Of a DNA stretch of 64,000 bases, positions 53,175 to 64,000 are shown one piece after another. A model generated the notes under the pieces. That model was given only the letters and a program-made list of their open reading frames with translations, was not told the DNA's origin and did no database searches. Made by a program: the position numbers and the translations under genes. The stretch's first letter is position 1, and every line of letters begins with the position of its first letter. Source of the stretch: an uncultured Planctomycetota bacterium (GTDB lineage Bacteria; Planctomycetota; Planctomycetia; Pirellulales; Lacipirellulaceae); NCBI GenBank assembly GCA_963719315.1, contig CAVRBU010000001.1:416001-480000 (forward strand). Direction: 5' to 3'.

Positions 53175-54302
53175 ATGTTAATGGACGAAGCCAACAAAGC
53201 GGCTAATGAATTAGAAAACGCCGTGACTGCTGTGGATTTTTCCAAATCGCTGGCGGGGACGCTTCAATACGAACTAGTACGGCGTCTGGCCGAAAATTGG
53301 CTGCCTGAAGCATGGCGCGACACGCACGTAGTGCTGGCCGTTTCCGGCGGGGCAGACAGCGTGGCAATGCTGCGGGCGATGACCGCGATCAAGGCATGTT
53401 ACGGTGGTACGGGCAGGCTGTATGTAGCCCATTTGAACCACGGCCTGCGCGGCGCGGAAGCAGAAGCGGACGAGGCCTGGCTCGCGACCTTGTGTGATCG
53501 CCTGGGCGTGCCGTTGGAAACATCGAAGGCGGACGTGAAGTCGCTCGCCACCGAGCAAGGAGATGGCTGGGAGGCCGCTGCCCGATCGGCGCGCTACGAC
53601 TTTTTGCGACGAACGGCCGAATCCATCGGGGCCCGATTCGTGGCGACTGCCCACACGGCCGACGACCAGGTGGAAACCGTGCTACAACGAATCGTCCGCG
53701 GCACTGGCCTGGCCGGTTTGGCGGGAATTCCGCGCTACCGCCCGCTTTCGAACAGCGTCACTTTGGTGCGGCCGATGCTGCCAATGTGGCGGCGTGAGAT
53801 CGTTGCTTACCTCAACGAGTTGGGCCAGGAGTGGCGCCTCGACTCTTCAAATCAAGATCCTCACTACACGCGGAACCGCCTGCGGCTCGAGCTATTACCA
53901 CTCATCCGCGAGCGGTTCAATGATGCAGTAGACGAAGCCTTGTCGCGGTTGGCCACACAGGCCGATGAAGCTCAACGCGTGATCGAGACGCTAGCCGCGG
54001 ATATCGCAACGACGTGCGTTGCGGTCGAGCACGTACACGATCGCGATGACCGCCCTGCCCTACGCACACATATCGAATGTTCGCGGTTGGCCAGCCTGCC
54101 GCAAATTGTGGTTCGTGAAGTGTGCAAAGTAGCGTGGCGAGGTGCAAATCTGCCATTGCAAGCCATGGGATTTTCCGAGTGGCAATTGCTAGCGGACATG
54201 GCAGCCGGCAATTGCTTGCAAACGGTAGCCAATCTTCCGGCAAATATTCGCGTCTGCCGCCAGGGACAACTGCTCATCTTTGAGTCGCTTGGTCTGCCTT
54301 GA
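53175..54302 (+). CDS. tilS: tRNA(Ile)-lysidine synthetase
   Basis: LAVSGGADS, HLNHGLR, ARSARY, TAHTADDQVET, RGTG, VRPML and DSSN...RNRLR. Confidence 0.95.
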   Translation: MLMDEANKAANELENAVTAVDFSKSLAGTLQYELVRRLAENWLPEAWRDTHVVLAVSGGADSVAMLRAMTAIKACYGGTGRLYVAHLNHGLRGAEAEADEAWLATLCDRLGVPLETSKADVKSLATEQGDGWEAAARSARYDFLRRTAESIGARFVATAHTADDQVETVLQRIVRGTGLAGLAGIPRYRPLSNSVTLVRPMLPMWRREIVAYLNELGQEWRLDSSNQDPHYTRNRLRLELLPLIRERFNDAVDEALSRLATQADEAQRVIETLAADIATTCVAVEHVHDRDDRPALRTHIECSRLASLPQIVVREVCKVAWRGANLPLQAMGFSEWQLLADMAAGNCLQTVANLPANIRVCRQGQLLIFESLGLP

Positions 54303-54470
54303 CTCTGCGGTGGCGAGAACGCTAACATCTGCCGCCCCAAACTGCGCAGACGTGGCATATTACAGCGCCGCGACACCCGTCGTGTTACCAACGATGCGTG
54401 CTCGCGCATGCGCCCGTTACGCAAGTGGCGGTATCGCACGACCGTTGATCGACGTTGAAGGATCGCGTCC

Positions 54471-57400
54471 ATCTTTACATACTTCGTCAACTTCTGCTGG
54501 TCGCTTCTTAAGTGGTGCCTCGCGCTCACTCTGTTGGGCGGGTTGACGGCCGGCGGCTATCTTTACTTCCGGCTGGATGACGAGATTCGCCGGCAGGTCG
54601 AAGTTCGCTTCGCCAACCATTACCGCAATTTTGACGTTAAGGTGGGCAGCGCAGGTTTGACCCCGAGCGGGGCATCGCGATCGACAATCTCAGTCTCACT
54701 CCCAAGTCGGCCGATGGCACGAAGTCCGAGCCAGTCCTTTCGATCGATGAGATGTACCTGGCGGGAAACTTGCGGATCGAGCAACTCCTTACCAACCAGA
54801 TGCAGATCGACGAAATCGTCGTCCGCCACGCGAACGTACACATGGTTCGGCAAGTCGATGGCCAGTGGAACACGAGCGCCCTGTTGCCGCTGCCTCACTT
54901 CAGCGACCAATCGTCCAACATCACGATCGAAGCCGCGACCGCAACGCTGGCGAACGCTGCCACGCCCGAAGCCAAACCTTGGATATTACAGGGTGTGAAT
55001 CTAAAACTGGCGCCGCTTCCGATCGCGGCCGATCGGCCAAACGCGCCTAAGCATTTTCACATCGAAGGAGTTGCCAACGGACCCCCGGCCCGCGAGTTGC
55101 GCATTGACGGGGAGCTTGGCACGGCAGACGGCGTATTGGACGTTGCGGTCACCGCCAGCGGGCTCGATATCTCGCCGGAAACCCTCGCATACTTGCCGGC
55201 GTCGGTTACTGCCCGACTCGATGGCGCCCAAGTCTCTGGCCAGGCGGATGTCACGCTCCGATTGAACCGGCCGGATTCGACGACTCCCTTAAGCTGGGCG
55301 GCAAATTTCTCGGTCGAGCGTGGTCGATTCAACCACCCCCTGCTGACGGAAGCGTTGACGGATGTAACGCTCAAGGGTCTGGCGGACCCGCAGCGATTGT
55401 CCATAGAGCGCTTTGAAGCGAAGTCGGGGCCGGCCAGCATCACGCTGGCAATGAATCGAGCCGGCTGGACGGCCAACGCGCCGCTTGCCCTGTCGGCCAA
55501 GGTGGTCGGCTTCGTGCTGACCGATCGATTGCAAACGACGTTGCCCGAATCGCAAGCCAGAATCTGGCAGCGGTTCCGGCCGAATGGTCCCGTGGACGTG
55601 GATCTGAGTCTCACGTTCAATGGGCAAAACTGGACGCCAACTTTTACGGCTGATTGTCGCGGTATCTCGTTGACCGATATGGAAAAGTTTCCGTACGTCC
55701 TCGAACAAACTTCGGGCAAAGTAACCTATCTACCAGCAAAGGACGGCAATCCCGATCAATTGCGCCTCGATTTGACCGGCATCGGCGGCGGCAGGCCGGT
55801 GAAGGTCGACGCCCAGCTCACGCACTTGGCCCCTGTCGAGCCGCATGGACTTTCGACCGGCGAAGGCGTGGCCGACGAAGCGCCCTTCGATGCGTCCGAC
55901 GTGTATGCGGCAGGCTATCGCGGATTGCGTTACGCCCGCGCAGATCGTTCGCCGCCGACTCATCCGTTGGGCTATGTCGAGTTGTCGGGCTCCGACATTC
56001 CGCTGCATGAAGCGCTGATCGCTGCTCTGCCGCCAAAGGCTAAAGTTTTGGTAAGCGATCTCAATGCGCAAGGCGCGATCGACTTCCATTTCCGGGCGGA
56101 ATGGAAAGACCTGGCCCAGCAAAACGCCGCAACGACGCTTGATATTCCACTGAAAGACTGTCGCATCAAATTCGCGCAATTTCCGTTACCGCTCCAGCAC
56201 TTGCAGGGCACGGTAAAGGGTGAAAAGTCGCCCACCGAGGAGACTTGGCACTGGACGCTCAACGACATCGAAGCCCGCGGTAGCAGTGATTCGACGGTCG
56301 TGAAGTGTCGTGGCATCGCCCTATCGCACGACGCGGGGTGCGGAGCCGACTTGACGTTTGTGGCCCAAAACGTGCCGCTCGATGAAAGTCTCAAGGCCGC
56401 GCTGCCGCCGGCCGGGCAACAAGCGTGGAACGATTTAAGACCGCAGGGAAGCATTGATTTTACAGCCCACGCCACGAAACTTCAGAACGAACCGCATCCC
56501 AATGTTGAGATCGCATTGCGGCCTTGCGAAAGCACCGTCTCGATCAAGCCGCGTTTGTTTCCGTATCGATTAGACGAGGTTCAAGGAGTCGCCACGTACA
56601 AGCGCGGGCAGGCCGTTTGGCATAACGTGATTGCTCGCCACGACCGTTCCGTCTACTCGATGGAATCAGGGACGTGGCAACTTGCGACCGACGGCGGCTG
56701 GCAGTGCACCTTTGCCAATGTGAATATCGATCGACTGGTGCCCAACGCTGAGTTGCTCGAGGCCCTACCGCCGGCCCTGCAATCGGTGATTGCAAAGCTG
56801 CAGCCCAGCGGCACGATCGACCTCCGCAAGGGTAGTCTGAATTTCGCCAAGCCTGCGCAAAGCGTGGGCATCGCGGCTGCCTGGGACGTTAGCCTCGAAT
56901 GTCAGCAGGCGGCGATCCAGGGCGCAGTCCCCATCCAGGGAATCAACGGTGGAATTCGCATCGTCGGGCGCAGCGACGGGCGATCGACATATAATGCCGG
57001 CGAACTCGCGCTGGACTCGATCCTCTACAAGAATGTGCAGTTGACCAACGTCCGCGGACCGTTTTGGGCCGACTCGGCGCATTGCCTGCTAGGCGAATCC
57101 GCGTGCCTACAGCAGAGCCAGCCGCCCCGCCGGCTCACGGCTGATGCCTACGGAGGCAGCTTGAACTCGAATATCGAATTGGCGCTCGGACCTATCCCAG
57201 GTTACAGGGTCGATGTTCACTTGGGCGCGGTCAATCTGGCCCGCTTTGCCAACGAGCGGCTGGGAGGACAGAACAATTTGAATGGCACGTTGTCTGGCAC
57301 GCTGGCTGTCTCGAACACCGGTACTTCCTTGCAAACTCTAATTGGAACCGGTGAGCTACACTTGGTGGACGCCAACATCTATCAGGTCCCGTTGTTGGTG

Positions 57401-57820
57401 TCGATGCTCAGTGTGCTTCGCAATCGCACGCCTGACACGACCGCGTTTAACCGCTGTGATATGAAATTTGGCATCCAGGGAGAGCACATTCTCTTCGATA
57501 AACTCGACTTGATGGGCGACGCCGTGAGTCTGTACGGCAATGGCCAGGTCGATTTCAACCGGCGGCTGGACCTCGTGTTCTATACGCTCGTCGGTCCCGC
57601 CGATTTGCCGATCCCATTGTGGAAGACAATTGCCGGGCACGTGAGCAAACAGGGGCTGCAATTGAAAGTAGTCGGAACGTTCGAGGACCCCAAAGTCGAA
57701 AAGAAGGCCTTGCCCGCCGTGAACGACATGCTAGGTCAACTGCAGACTGAGCTTCACGACAGTGCGGCAACGATCTCGCCGTCGGCCGCGGTGCGAGGAT
57801 CGCACCCCGCGGCAAAGTGA
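54471..57820 (+). CDS. AsmA/YhdP-like large membrane-anchored protein; frameshift near 54655; start uncertain
   Basis: N-terminal TM then YFRLDDEIRRQVE; long beta-rich body; C-terminal LKVVGTFEDPKV. Confidence 0.75.
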
Positions 57821-57836
57821 GTCAAGGAACACGACC

Positions 57837-58169
57837 ATGACTATGGTTCCCCTAAGTGGCATGCTGACGAGCGCGGCCGGCGTCGCGCTTTCACAAACTT
57901 CCGGCAGCGAAACGGAGCGCTCTCAGAAAGATGCCAGCGCTCAAAGCCATGGCGCCGATACCGATTTACATGCCGAGCAGTCGGCCGGCATCGGCCAGAC
58001 TCGGCAGGACGAGGAAAGTTCAGATCGCGATGCCGATGGCCGGCGATTGTGGGAAAAAACTGCGGAGCCGAGGAAGAAGCAAGAGTCAACAGCCGAGCAA
58101 GAGTCCGATCCGCGCCAAAGCAAGGATCCGACGGGGCTGTCGGGTACTCGACTCGATCTAACGGGATGA
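57837..58169 (+). CDS. Hypothetical low-complexity protein
   Basis: AAGGA RBS; DRDADGRRLWE and DPTGLSGTRLDLTG. Confidence 0.75.
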   Translation: MTMVPLSGMLTSAAGVALSQTSGSETERSQKDASAQSHGADTDLHAEQSAGIGQTRQDEESSDRDADGRRLWEKTAEPRKKQESTAEQESDPRQSKDPTGLSGTRLDLTG

Positions 58170-58188
58170 ACTGCGTAAGATGATCCCG

Positions 58189-58267
58189 TGTCCACCGCCC
58201 ATCGTCCGTAGTCCGTCGCAATTAGGTCATTGCGAGAACCACGGACTACGGACCACGGACCACGGAC
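58189..58267. repeat. Heptamer tandem repeats in inverted arrangement
   Basis: (c/t)acggac x4 at 58240-58267; complementary gtccgta/gtccgtc units upstream. Confidence 0.7.
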
Positions 58268-58274
58268 AAATCCA

Positions 58275-59126
58275 ATGCGTTTCACGAAGATGCACGGCGC
58301 CGGCAACGACTACGTTTACATCGATTGCTTCGCGCAGCCGCTGCCTCGTGATATTCCCGAGCTTGCCCGGCGGATTTCCGACCGCCGGTTCGGCGTTGGC
58401 GCCGACGGCCTGATTTTGATCTGCCCCTCGGAGCTGGCCGACGCCGAAATGCGGATGTACAACGCCGACGGTTCGTACGCCGAAATGTGTGGAAACGGCA
58501 TCCGCTGCGTCGCCAAATTCATCTACGACCATGGGATTCGACGCCGCAACACGCTCACGATCGAAACCGCCGGCCGTGTGCTGTCACTCGATTTAGGGCT
58601 TGAAAATGGGCTCGTGAACCAGGTCCGCGTGGATATGGGCGAGCCGATCTTGATCCCGGCGGAAGTTCCTACGAAACTCCGTTCCGCCAATGGTCCCGAT
58701 CGGCCCGCGGTGGATGTGCCACTTACAGTCGGTGGACGCGAGTTTCGCGCCACCTGCATATCGATGGGCAATCCGCATTGCGTGGTGTTCGTCGATCAAC
58801 TTACGGATGACTGGGTACTGGGGGTCGGGCCCAAAATAGAAATCGATCCGCATTTCCCCAAACGGGTAAATGTCGAATTCGTCGAGGTGCTAAGCCGGGC
58901 CGAGCTGCGGCAACGCACCTGGGAGCGCGGCTCGGGCGAAACATTTGCTTGCGGCACCGGCGCATGTGCCGTATGCGTGGCGGGCGTCCTCACGGGACGC
59001 ACCGATCGGAGCGCGACAATCCACTTACGTGGCGGCGATCTGTCGATCGAATGGAATGAAAACGACAATCATGTGTACATGACGGGGCCCGCCGTCGAAG
59101 TATTCACCGGCGAATGGCCATCGTAG
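58275..59126 (+). CDS. dapF: Diaminopimelate epimerase
   Basis: [27 protein letters not shown] and [17 protein letters not shown]. Confidence 0.97.
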   Translation: MRFTKMHGAGNDYVYIDCFAQPLPRDIPELARRISDRRFGVGADGLILICPSELADAEMRMYNADGSYAEMCGNGIRCVAKFIYDHGIRRRNTLTIETAGRVLSLDLGLENGLVNQVRVDMGEPILIPAEVPTKLRSANGPDRPAVDVPLTVGGREFRATCISMGNPHCVVFVDQLTDDWVLGVGPKIEIDPHFPKRVNVEFVEVLSRAELRQRTWERGSGETFACGTGACAVCVAGVLTGRTDRSATIHLRGGDLSIEWNENDNHVYMTGPAVEVFTGEWPS

Positions 59127-59164
59127 ATCGGGTTTTAGCCTGATGAACTTGCACGGATGCGAAC

Positions 59165-59929
59165 ATGGGACGCAAGAAGAAACGCAAGCTGCGAACCCCG
59201 CGCTTCATGATGAAGCTCGGAGGTCTCGTGACCGCCAAGGCGGTGCGAGCCTGGATGAGTACGCTCGATTATCGGGTCGTATTCTACGATCGATCCGTCG
59301 ATCCAGTCCTCGGGATTGGCGGTCCGCGGATCTATATCTTTTGGCATGAAAACATTCTCATCCCGTTGCATCTGCGCGGGCACTGCCACCTCGCGATGCT
59401 GCTCAGCCAGCACGGAGACGCCGAAATATTGGCGCGCGTCGCCTATCACATGGGCTTCGATTGTGTCCGCGGTTCGACCCGTCGCGGCGGCGCACGGGCG
59501 ATTTGGGAATTGTTCGAACGCAGCTCCCACCAGCATCTTACGATTACGCCTGACGGCCCGCGTGGCCCGCGTCGGCAATTGGCCCCCGGGCCGATCTACC
59601 TCGCGTCGCGATTGCAATTGCCGTTGGTGCCGATGGGCTTTGGCTCTGATCGGCCGTGGCGAATGAAAAGTTGGGACCATTTCGCCGTTCCGAGGCCATT
59701 TTCGCGGGCCCGTGCCGTGATCGGCCCGCCGATCTTCTTGCCGCCCGAGTTGGACCGCGCTGGCATGGAAAAATGCCGCGGCCGAGTCGAGTCGCTGATG
59801 AACGCTTTGACGAATGAAGCAGAAGCTTGGGCCACTGCCGGCTCTCGCAAGCTGGGCGAGGTGACAGTCGCTCCCGGTTTCGGTCCGGTCCCCTCGACCG
59901 TCGAAACGACATCACGGCGCGCCGCGTGA
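59165..59929 (+). CDS. DUF374 / lysophospholipid acyltransferase family protein
   Basis: FWHE, LLSQHGDAE, VRGST and ITPDGPRGP. Confidence 0.88.
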   Translation: MGRKKKRKLRTPRFMMKLGGLVTAKAVRAWMSTLDYRVVFYDRSVDPVLGIGGPRIYIFWHENILIPLHLRGHCHLAMLLSQHGDAEILARVAYHMGFDCVRGSTRRGGARAIWELFERSSHQHLTITPDGPRGPRRQLAPGPIYLASRLQLPLVPMGFGSDRPWRMKSWDHFAVPRPFSRARAVIGPPIFLPPELDRAGMEKCRGRVESLMNALTNEAEAWATAGSRKLGEVTVAPGFGPVPSTVETTSRRAA

Positions 59930-60034
59930 ACTCTAACCGCGAATCGACGCGCCGGCTAGCACTTGTTATCTTGTGAGCGTTCGTGTGCGATTGTTCACAC
60001 GTCGATCCCGCTCGCAGCTTTGCTGGTAACCGCC

Positions 60035-61267
60035 ATGCCCGCTCCGGCAACCTCCCTCGCCCATCAAACTCTGACCGTCGCGCAACTGACGGCTCAGATC
60101 AAAAACGCGCTCGAAGGCGGGTTCCCAAACGTCTGGGTCGCGGGAGAAATCTCGAATTATTCGCGGCCGCAATCCGGCCACTCGTACTTCACGCTCAAGG
60201 ACGATCAGGCCCAGATACGGGCCGTGATGTGGCGCTCGGCCTCGGCCCGGCTCAAGTTCGATCTGGCCGACGGGCTCGACGTAATCTGCCACGGCCACGT
60301 GGATGTCTACGCGCCTCGCGGCAGCTATCAACTGGTGATCGACGAATTGCAGCCCAAGGGCGTGGGCGCCCTCGAACTCGCATTGCGGAAGTTGCGCGAG
60401 AAGCTGTCTGCTGAAGGGCTGTTCGATTCCGCTCGAAAACGCATGCTGCCCGCGTTCCCGCAGCGGATTGCGTTCGTCACCAGTCCGACGGGGGCGGCCG
60501 TTCACGATTTTCTGCAAGTGCTACGCCGACGTTGGCGCGGCGTCGATGTGCTGGTGATTCCGGCCCGCGTACAAGGTGAAGGGGCGACGCAAGAGATCGT
60601 AGCCGGCATTCGGCTGGCAAATCGCATTTCGCCACGGCCGGATGTGCTCGTCGTCGGCCGCGGCGGCGGCAGCCTGGAAGACTTGTGGTCGTTCAACGAG
60701 GAGCCGGTCGTGCGGGCGATCGCAGCCTCGCGAATTCCGACCGTGTCGGCCGTAGGGCACGAGATTGACGTCACGCTTGCTGATTTAGTGGCCGATGTTC
60801 GCGCGCTAACTCCAACGGAGGCCGCCGAACGAATCGTGCCAGCGGCGGAAGAACTCGCCGCCCGTTTGCGCGGTTACCAACAACGTCTGCGCCACGCGGC
60901 CCAGCGGCGCGTGGCGTGGTTGCGTGCCCGCTACGACGGCTTGGCTGCTCAACGGCCGTTTCGCAGGCCATTCGAATTGATTCACGACCGCAGTCGTATG
61001 CTCGACGAGTTATCGGTTCACGCGTACCGGTCGTTACACCGACATTTGCAGGAGCGCGAAAGCCGGCTGGCTCGATTGGCGGGCAAAATCGAGTCGCTCA
61101 GCCCGTTGGCGGTCCTCGCCCGCGGCTATACGATTACGCAGAACGCGACCACACGATCCGTCATACGCGATGCGGACGTTTTGCGAGTCGGCCAGACCAT
61201 CGTAACGCGGTTCGCCCGTGGCGAAGCTGTGAGCAAAGTGGAACGGATCGAGGAGACAAGTAGCTGA
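60035..61267 (+). CDS. xseA: Exodeoxyribonuclease VII large subunit
   Basis: VWVAGEISN, SGHSYFTLKD, RGGGSLEDLWSFN, SAVGHEID and LSPLAVLARGY. Confidence 0.97.
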   Translation: MPAPATSLAHQTLTVAQLTAQIKNALEGGFPNVWVAGEISNYSRPQSGHSYFTLKDDQAQIRAVMWRSASARLKFDLADGLDVICHGHVDVYAPRGSYQLVIDELQPKGVGALELALRKLREKLSAEGLFDSARKRMLPAFPQRIAFVTSPTGAAVHDFLQVLRRRWRGVDVLVIPARVQGEGATQEIVAGIRLANRISPRPDVLVVGRGGGSLEDLWSFNEEPVVRAIAASRIPTVSAVGHEIDVTLADLVADVRALTPTEAAERIVPAAEELAARLRGYQQRLRHAAQRRVAWLRARYDGLAAQRPFRRPFELIHDRSRMLDELSVHAYRSLHRHLQERESRLARLAGKIESLSPLAVLARGYTITQNATTRSVIRDADVLRVGQTIVTRFARGEAVSKVERIEETSS

Positions 61268-61338
61268 ACTCGCAGGAGTTCAGGCAGGGTGATGGCTGGA
61301 TTCCTGTGAATCCAGCTACGGGCACGAAGGCAACCAAA

Positions 61339-61719
61339 ATGGCCAAGAAAAAATCCACGTCGCGCGAAGAGTGTGCCGGCTCGTTCGAAGAGTCGCTTGG
61401 CGAACTGGAAAAGATCGTCGCCGAATTGGAGAGCGGCAAGCTAGGCCTGTCCGATGCGCTAACGCGGTATGAAGAAGGAGTGAAGCACCTCAAAGGTTGT
61501 CAGCAGTTGCTTGAAATAGCGGAGCAGAAGATCGAGCTCCTGAGCGGCGTCGATGCTGAGGGCAATCCGATCACGCAACCGTTTGCTGAAGCCGATGCCG
61601 ATTCGTTGGAAGCCAAGTCGGCAGCGCGAGGCCAACGTCGCACCAGCAGCGCGAAACCCGCCTCGCCAAAAATGACTATGCGAAACAACGACATAGACGA
61701 GGACCAGCGGCTATTTTAG
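61339..61719 (+). CDS. xseB: Exodeoxyribonuclease VII small subunit
   Basis: SFEESLGELEKIVAELESG, YEEGV and AEQKIELL. Confidence 0.95.
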   Translation: MAKKKSTSREECAGSFEESLGELEKIVAELESGKLGLSDALTRYEEGVKHLKGCQQLLEIAEQKIELLSGVDAEGNPITQPFAEADADSLEAKSAARGQRRTSSAKPASPKMTMRNNDIDEDQRLF

Positions 61720-61847
61720 AATGATAGTTGTCCGGTGCAACTACCCTTGTGGGAGGCCTTTTCGAGGCCGATGTCGGTTTGCATTGTTGTGCTTCATCGG
61801 AGACGCCACCCACAGTTCCCACAGCTTGCTCTCTCTCTAAGAACGAC

Positions 61848-62759
61848 GTGGCTCTTTCGACCGACGACCGGCCCTCTCTCGATTCGTTGCAGTTGTACGA
61901 ACGAATCGACACGGCGCTCGACCGTTACACTCAATTCGGCGATGACTGCCCGGCGCAACTTCGCGAGGCGATTCGCTACGCGCTGTTGGGTCCCGGCAAA
62001 CGATTGCGGCCTCGTCTCGTTTTGATGGCGGCCCAAGCCTGCAACGGAAGTCTGGGAGCGGCGCTACCGGCGGCGTGCGCCGTCGAGATGGTGCACGCAT
62101 ACTCGCTCGTCCACGATGATCTGCCAGCGATGGATGATGATGACCTGCGTCGCGGTCGGCCCACGTGCCACAAAGTTTACGGCGAGGCAACGGCGATCCT
62201 CGTGGGCGACGCGCTGCTGGCGCGTGCCTTTGAAGTATTGGCCCGAGATATCGAACCTCCGTCCGTCGCTGCAAAGTGTTGCGCCGCGTTGGGCAAAGCG
62301 GCGGGGGCGACGGCGCTCGTCGGTGGACAAGCGGCCGACTTGGAAATGGCCGCCGGCGGTCAGGAACAACTTAACGGTACATTGCCAGAACTCGAAGCGA
62401 TTCACCGGCGTAAGACAGGCGCTCTCATCGGGGCGTCGCTGGAATTGGGCGGCATGGTAGCGAACGCTTCATCCGAACAGCATGCGGCCCTGGCTACGTA
62501 TGGCAAAAAGGTTGGCCTCGCGTTTCAAATCACGGACGACCTATTGGATGTCTCCGGCAACCAGGTGGCCGTTGGCAAACGCCTGGCCAAGGACGCTGAC
62601 CGCGGCAAACTCACTTTTCCGCGGCTGATGGGAAGCGGCGCCAGCCGCGAGCAAGCTGCCACGCTTGTGGAGGAGGCTTGTGCTATGATCGAGATATTCG
62701 GTTCGCGCGGTGAACCATTGCGTGAATTGGCCCGATTTGTGCTTACACGAAAAAGCTAA
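61848..62759 (+). CDS. ispA: Farnesyl/geranylgeranyl diphosphate synthase (start uncertain)
   Basis: GKRLRP, HAYSLVHDDLPAMDDDDLRRGRPTCH and GLAFQITDDLLD. Confidence 0.95.
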   Translation: MALSTDDRPSLDSLQLYERIDTALDRYTQFGDDCPAQLREAIRYALLGPGKRLRPRLVLMAAQACNGSLGAALPAACAVEMVHAYSLVHDDLPAMDDDDLRRGRPTCHKVYGEATAILVGDALLARAFEVLARDIEPPSVAAKCCAALGKAAGATALVGGQAADLEMAAGGQEQLNGTLPELEAIHRRKTGALIGASLELGGMVANASSEQHAALATYGKKVGLAFQITDDLLDVSGNQVAVGKRLAKDADRGKLTFPRLMGSGASREQAATLVEEACAMIEIFGSRGEPLRELARFVLTRKS

Positions 62760-62779
62760 TTGCCCTCACGGAAACGATC

Positions 62780-64000
62780 GTGACCAAATCTCCATTCCTA
62801 CCAACGATCCATTCGCCCGACAACTTGCGCGGGTTGTCGCTGCCGCAGCTAGAGCGGTTGGCTGCCGAAATGCGTGAGGTATTGTGCAACCTCGTCAGTT
62901 GCCGCAGTGCGCACTTCGCCTCGAACCTGGGAGTCGTTGAACTCTGCTTGGCGCTGCATCAGACGTTTGATTTCCGGCACGATCGCCTGATCTGGGATAC
63001 GGGCCATCAGATTTATCCGCACAAGCTCGTAACGGGCCGCTATCCGCAATTCGGCACGATCCGGACCAAGGGCGGCCTGATGGGTTACCCAAACCCGGAC
63101 GAAAGCGAATTCGACCTGTTCATGACCGGCCACGCCGGGGCCAGCGTTTCAACGGCCCTCGGCCTTGCGAGCGGAGACGAACTGACCCGGGCCGGCGATA
63201 ATCGCTGGAGTGTGGCCGTCATCGGCGACGGCGCCTTCCCCTCCGGCATCGTCTACGAAGCGCTCAATAACCTCGGCCATTCGAGCCGGCGGCTGCTCGT
63301 CATCCTGAACGACAACAAGATGTCGATCTGTCCGCGCGTGGGCGGGATGGCCGACTATCTCGACCGATTGCGGATGAATCGCATGTACTCCGGCCTGAAG
63401 GAGGAGGTCGTCAAAGTGCTCGGCAAGGTGCCCCTCTTGGGCGATCCAGTCGAGCGGTTTCTGGCCCAGCTCAAGGAGGCGGCGAAGGCCGGCCTGCACG
63501 GCGGCATGTTGTTCGAGGATATGGGGCTTCGCTACTTTGGTCCGATCGATGGGCACAACATTGGTCTCTTGCGGAAATACCTGCGAATGGCCCGCAACGC
63601 TGAAGGGCCTATTCTGTTGCACATCGTCACGGAGAAAGGCCATGGGTTCCGGCCGGCTGCGGAAGATCCCGTCTTGTTCCATGCGCCGCCGCAATTCGAG
63701 CGAAACGCCGACCAGGTCGTGCAAATGAAGAAGAGCTCGGCGCGGACTTTTACGCACGCCGCTTCCGCCGCGATCTTCCAGCAGATGTCGCAGAACTTGC
63801 GCGTTACCGTCCTCACGGCCGCAATGTGCCAAGGCAACAATTTGGAGCGCATCCGCGACACGTTCCCCAACCGTTTCTTTGACACGGGAATTTGCGAGGG
63901 CCACGCTGTCGCGTTTGCCGCCGGTCAAGCGAAAGCCGGTTTACGGCCAATCGTCGATATTTACAGCACTTTCCTGCAGCGGTCGTACGATCAGATTTTT
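62780..64000 (+). CDS. dxs: 1-deoxy-D-xylulose-5-phosphate synthase (runs off the window)
   Basis: Manual translation from GTG: HFASNLGVVEL, DRLIWDTGHQIYPHK, VIGDG, LNDNKMSI, GPIDGH and FDTGICEGHAV. Confidence 0.96.
   Translation, partial: MTKSPFLPTIHSPDNLRGLSLPQLERLAAEMREVLCNLVSCRSAHFASNLGVVELCLALHQTFDFRHDRLIWDTGHQIYPHKLVTGRYPQFGTIRTKGGLMGYPNPDESEFDLFMTGHAGASVSTALGLASGDELTRAGDNRWSVAVIGDGAFPSGIVYEALNNLGHSSRRLLVILNDNKMSICPRVGGMADYLDRLRMNRMYSGLKEEVVKVLGKVPLLGDPVERFLAQLKEAAKAGLHGGMLFEDMGLRYFGPIDGHNIGLLRKYLRMARNAEGPILLHIVTEKGHGFRPAAEDPVLFHAPPQFERNADQVVQMKKSSARTFTHAASAAIFQQMSQNLRVTVLTAAMCQGNNLERIRDTFPNRFFDTGICEGHAVAFAAGQAKAGLRPIVDIYSTFLQRSYDQIF

Overview
GC-rich chromosomal segment of a planctomycete, most likely Pirellulales/Lacipirellulaceae-like. 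The assignment rests on an unlinked 23S-5S rRNA operon, PEP-CTERM proteins with a DYNxNGxVDAADYVLWRK module, PQQ-type beta-propellers and planctomycete-style palindromic repeats. Housekeeping genes include queD, cls, yqgE/algH, trpE, mcsA-mcsB, rtcB, ymdB-rny with a probable 6S RNA upstream, tilS, dapF and xseA-xseB-ispA-dxs. At least 11 genes carry 1-2 nt frameshifts that look like long-read consensus errors. The main finding is an ~11 kb accessory tract behind the 5S rRNA gene (25899-37116). It is punctuated by three further 5S copies of decreasing integrity and three copies of an unknown ~160 bp repeat, with different cargo genes between them and no integrase. One cargo gene, a PEP-CTERM protein, takes its basic tail and stop codon from the duplicated 5S sequence. 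A second locus follows the same pattern: a nucleotidyltransferase (AbiEii-like) gene pair lies between the rtcB 3' end and a diverged duplicate of its last 23 codons. All product calls come from motif recognition by eye; no database searches were run.
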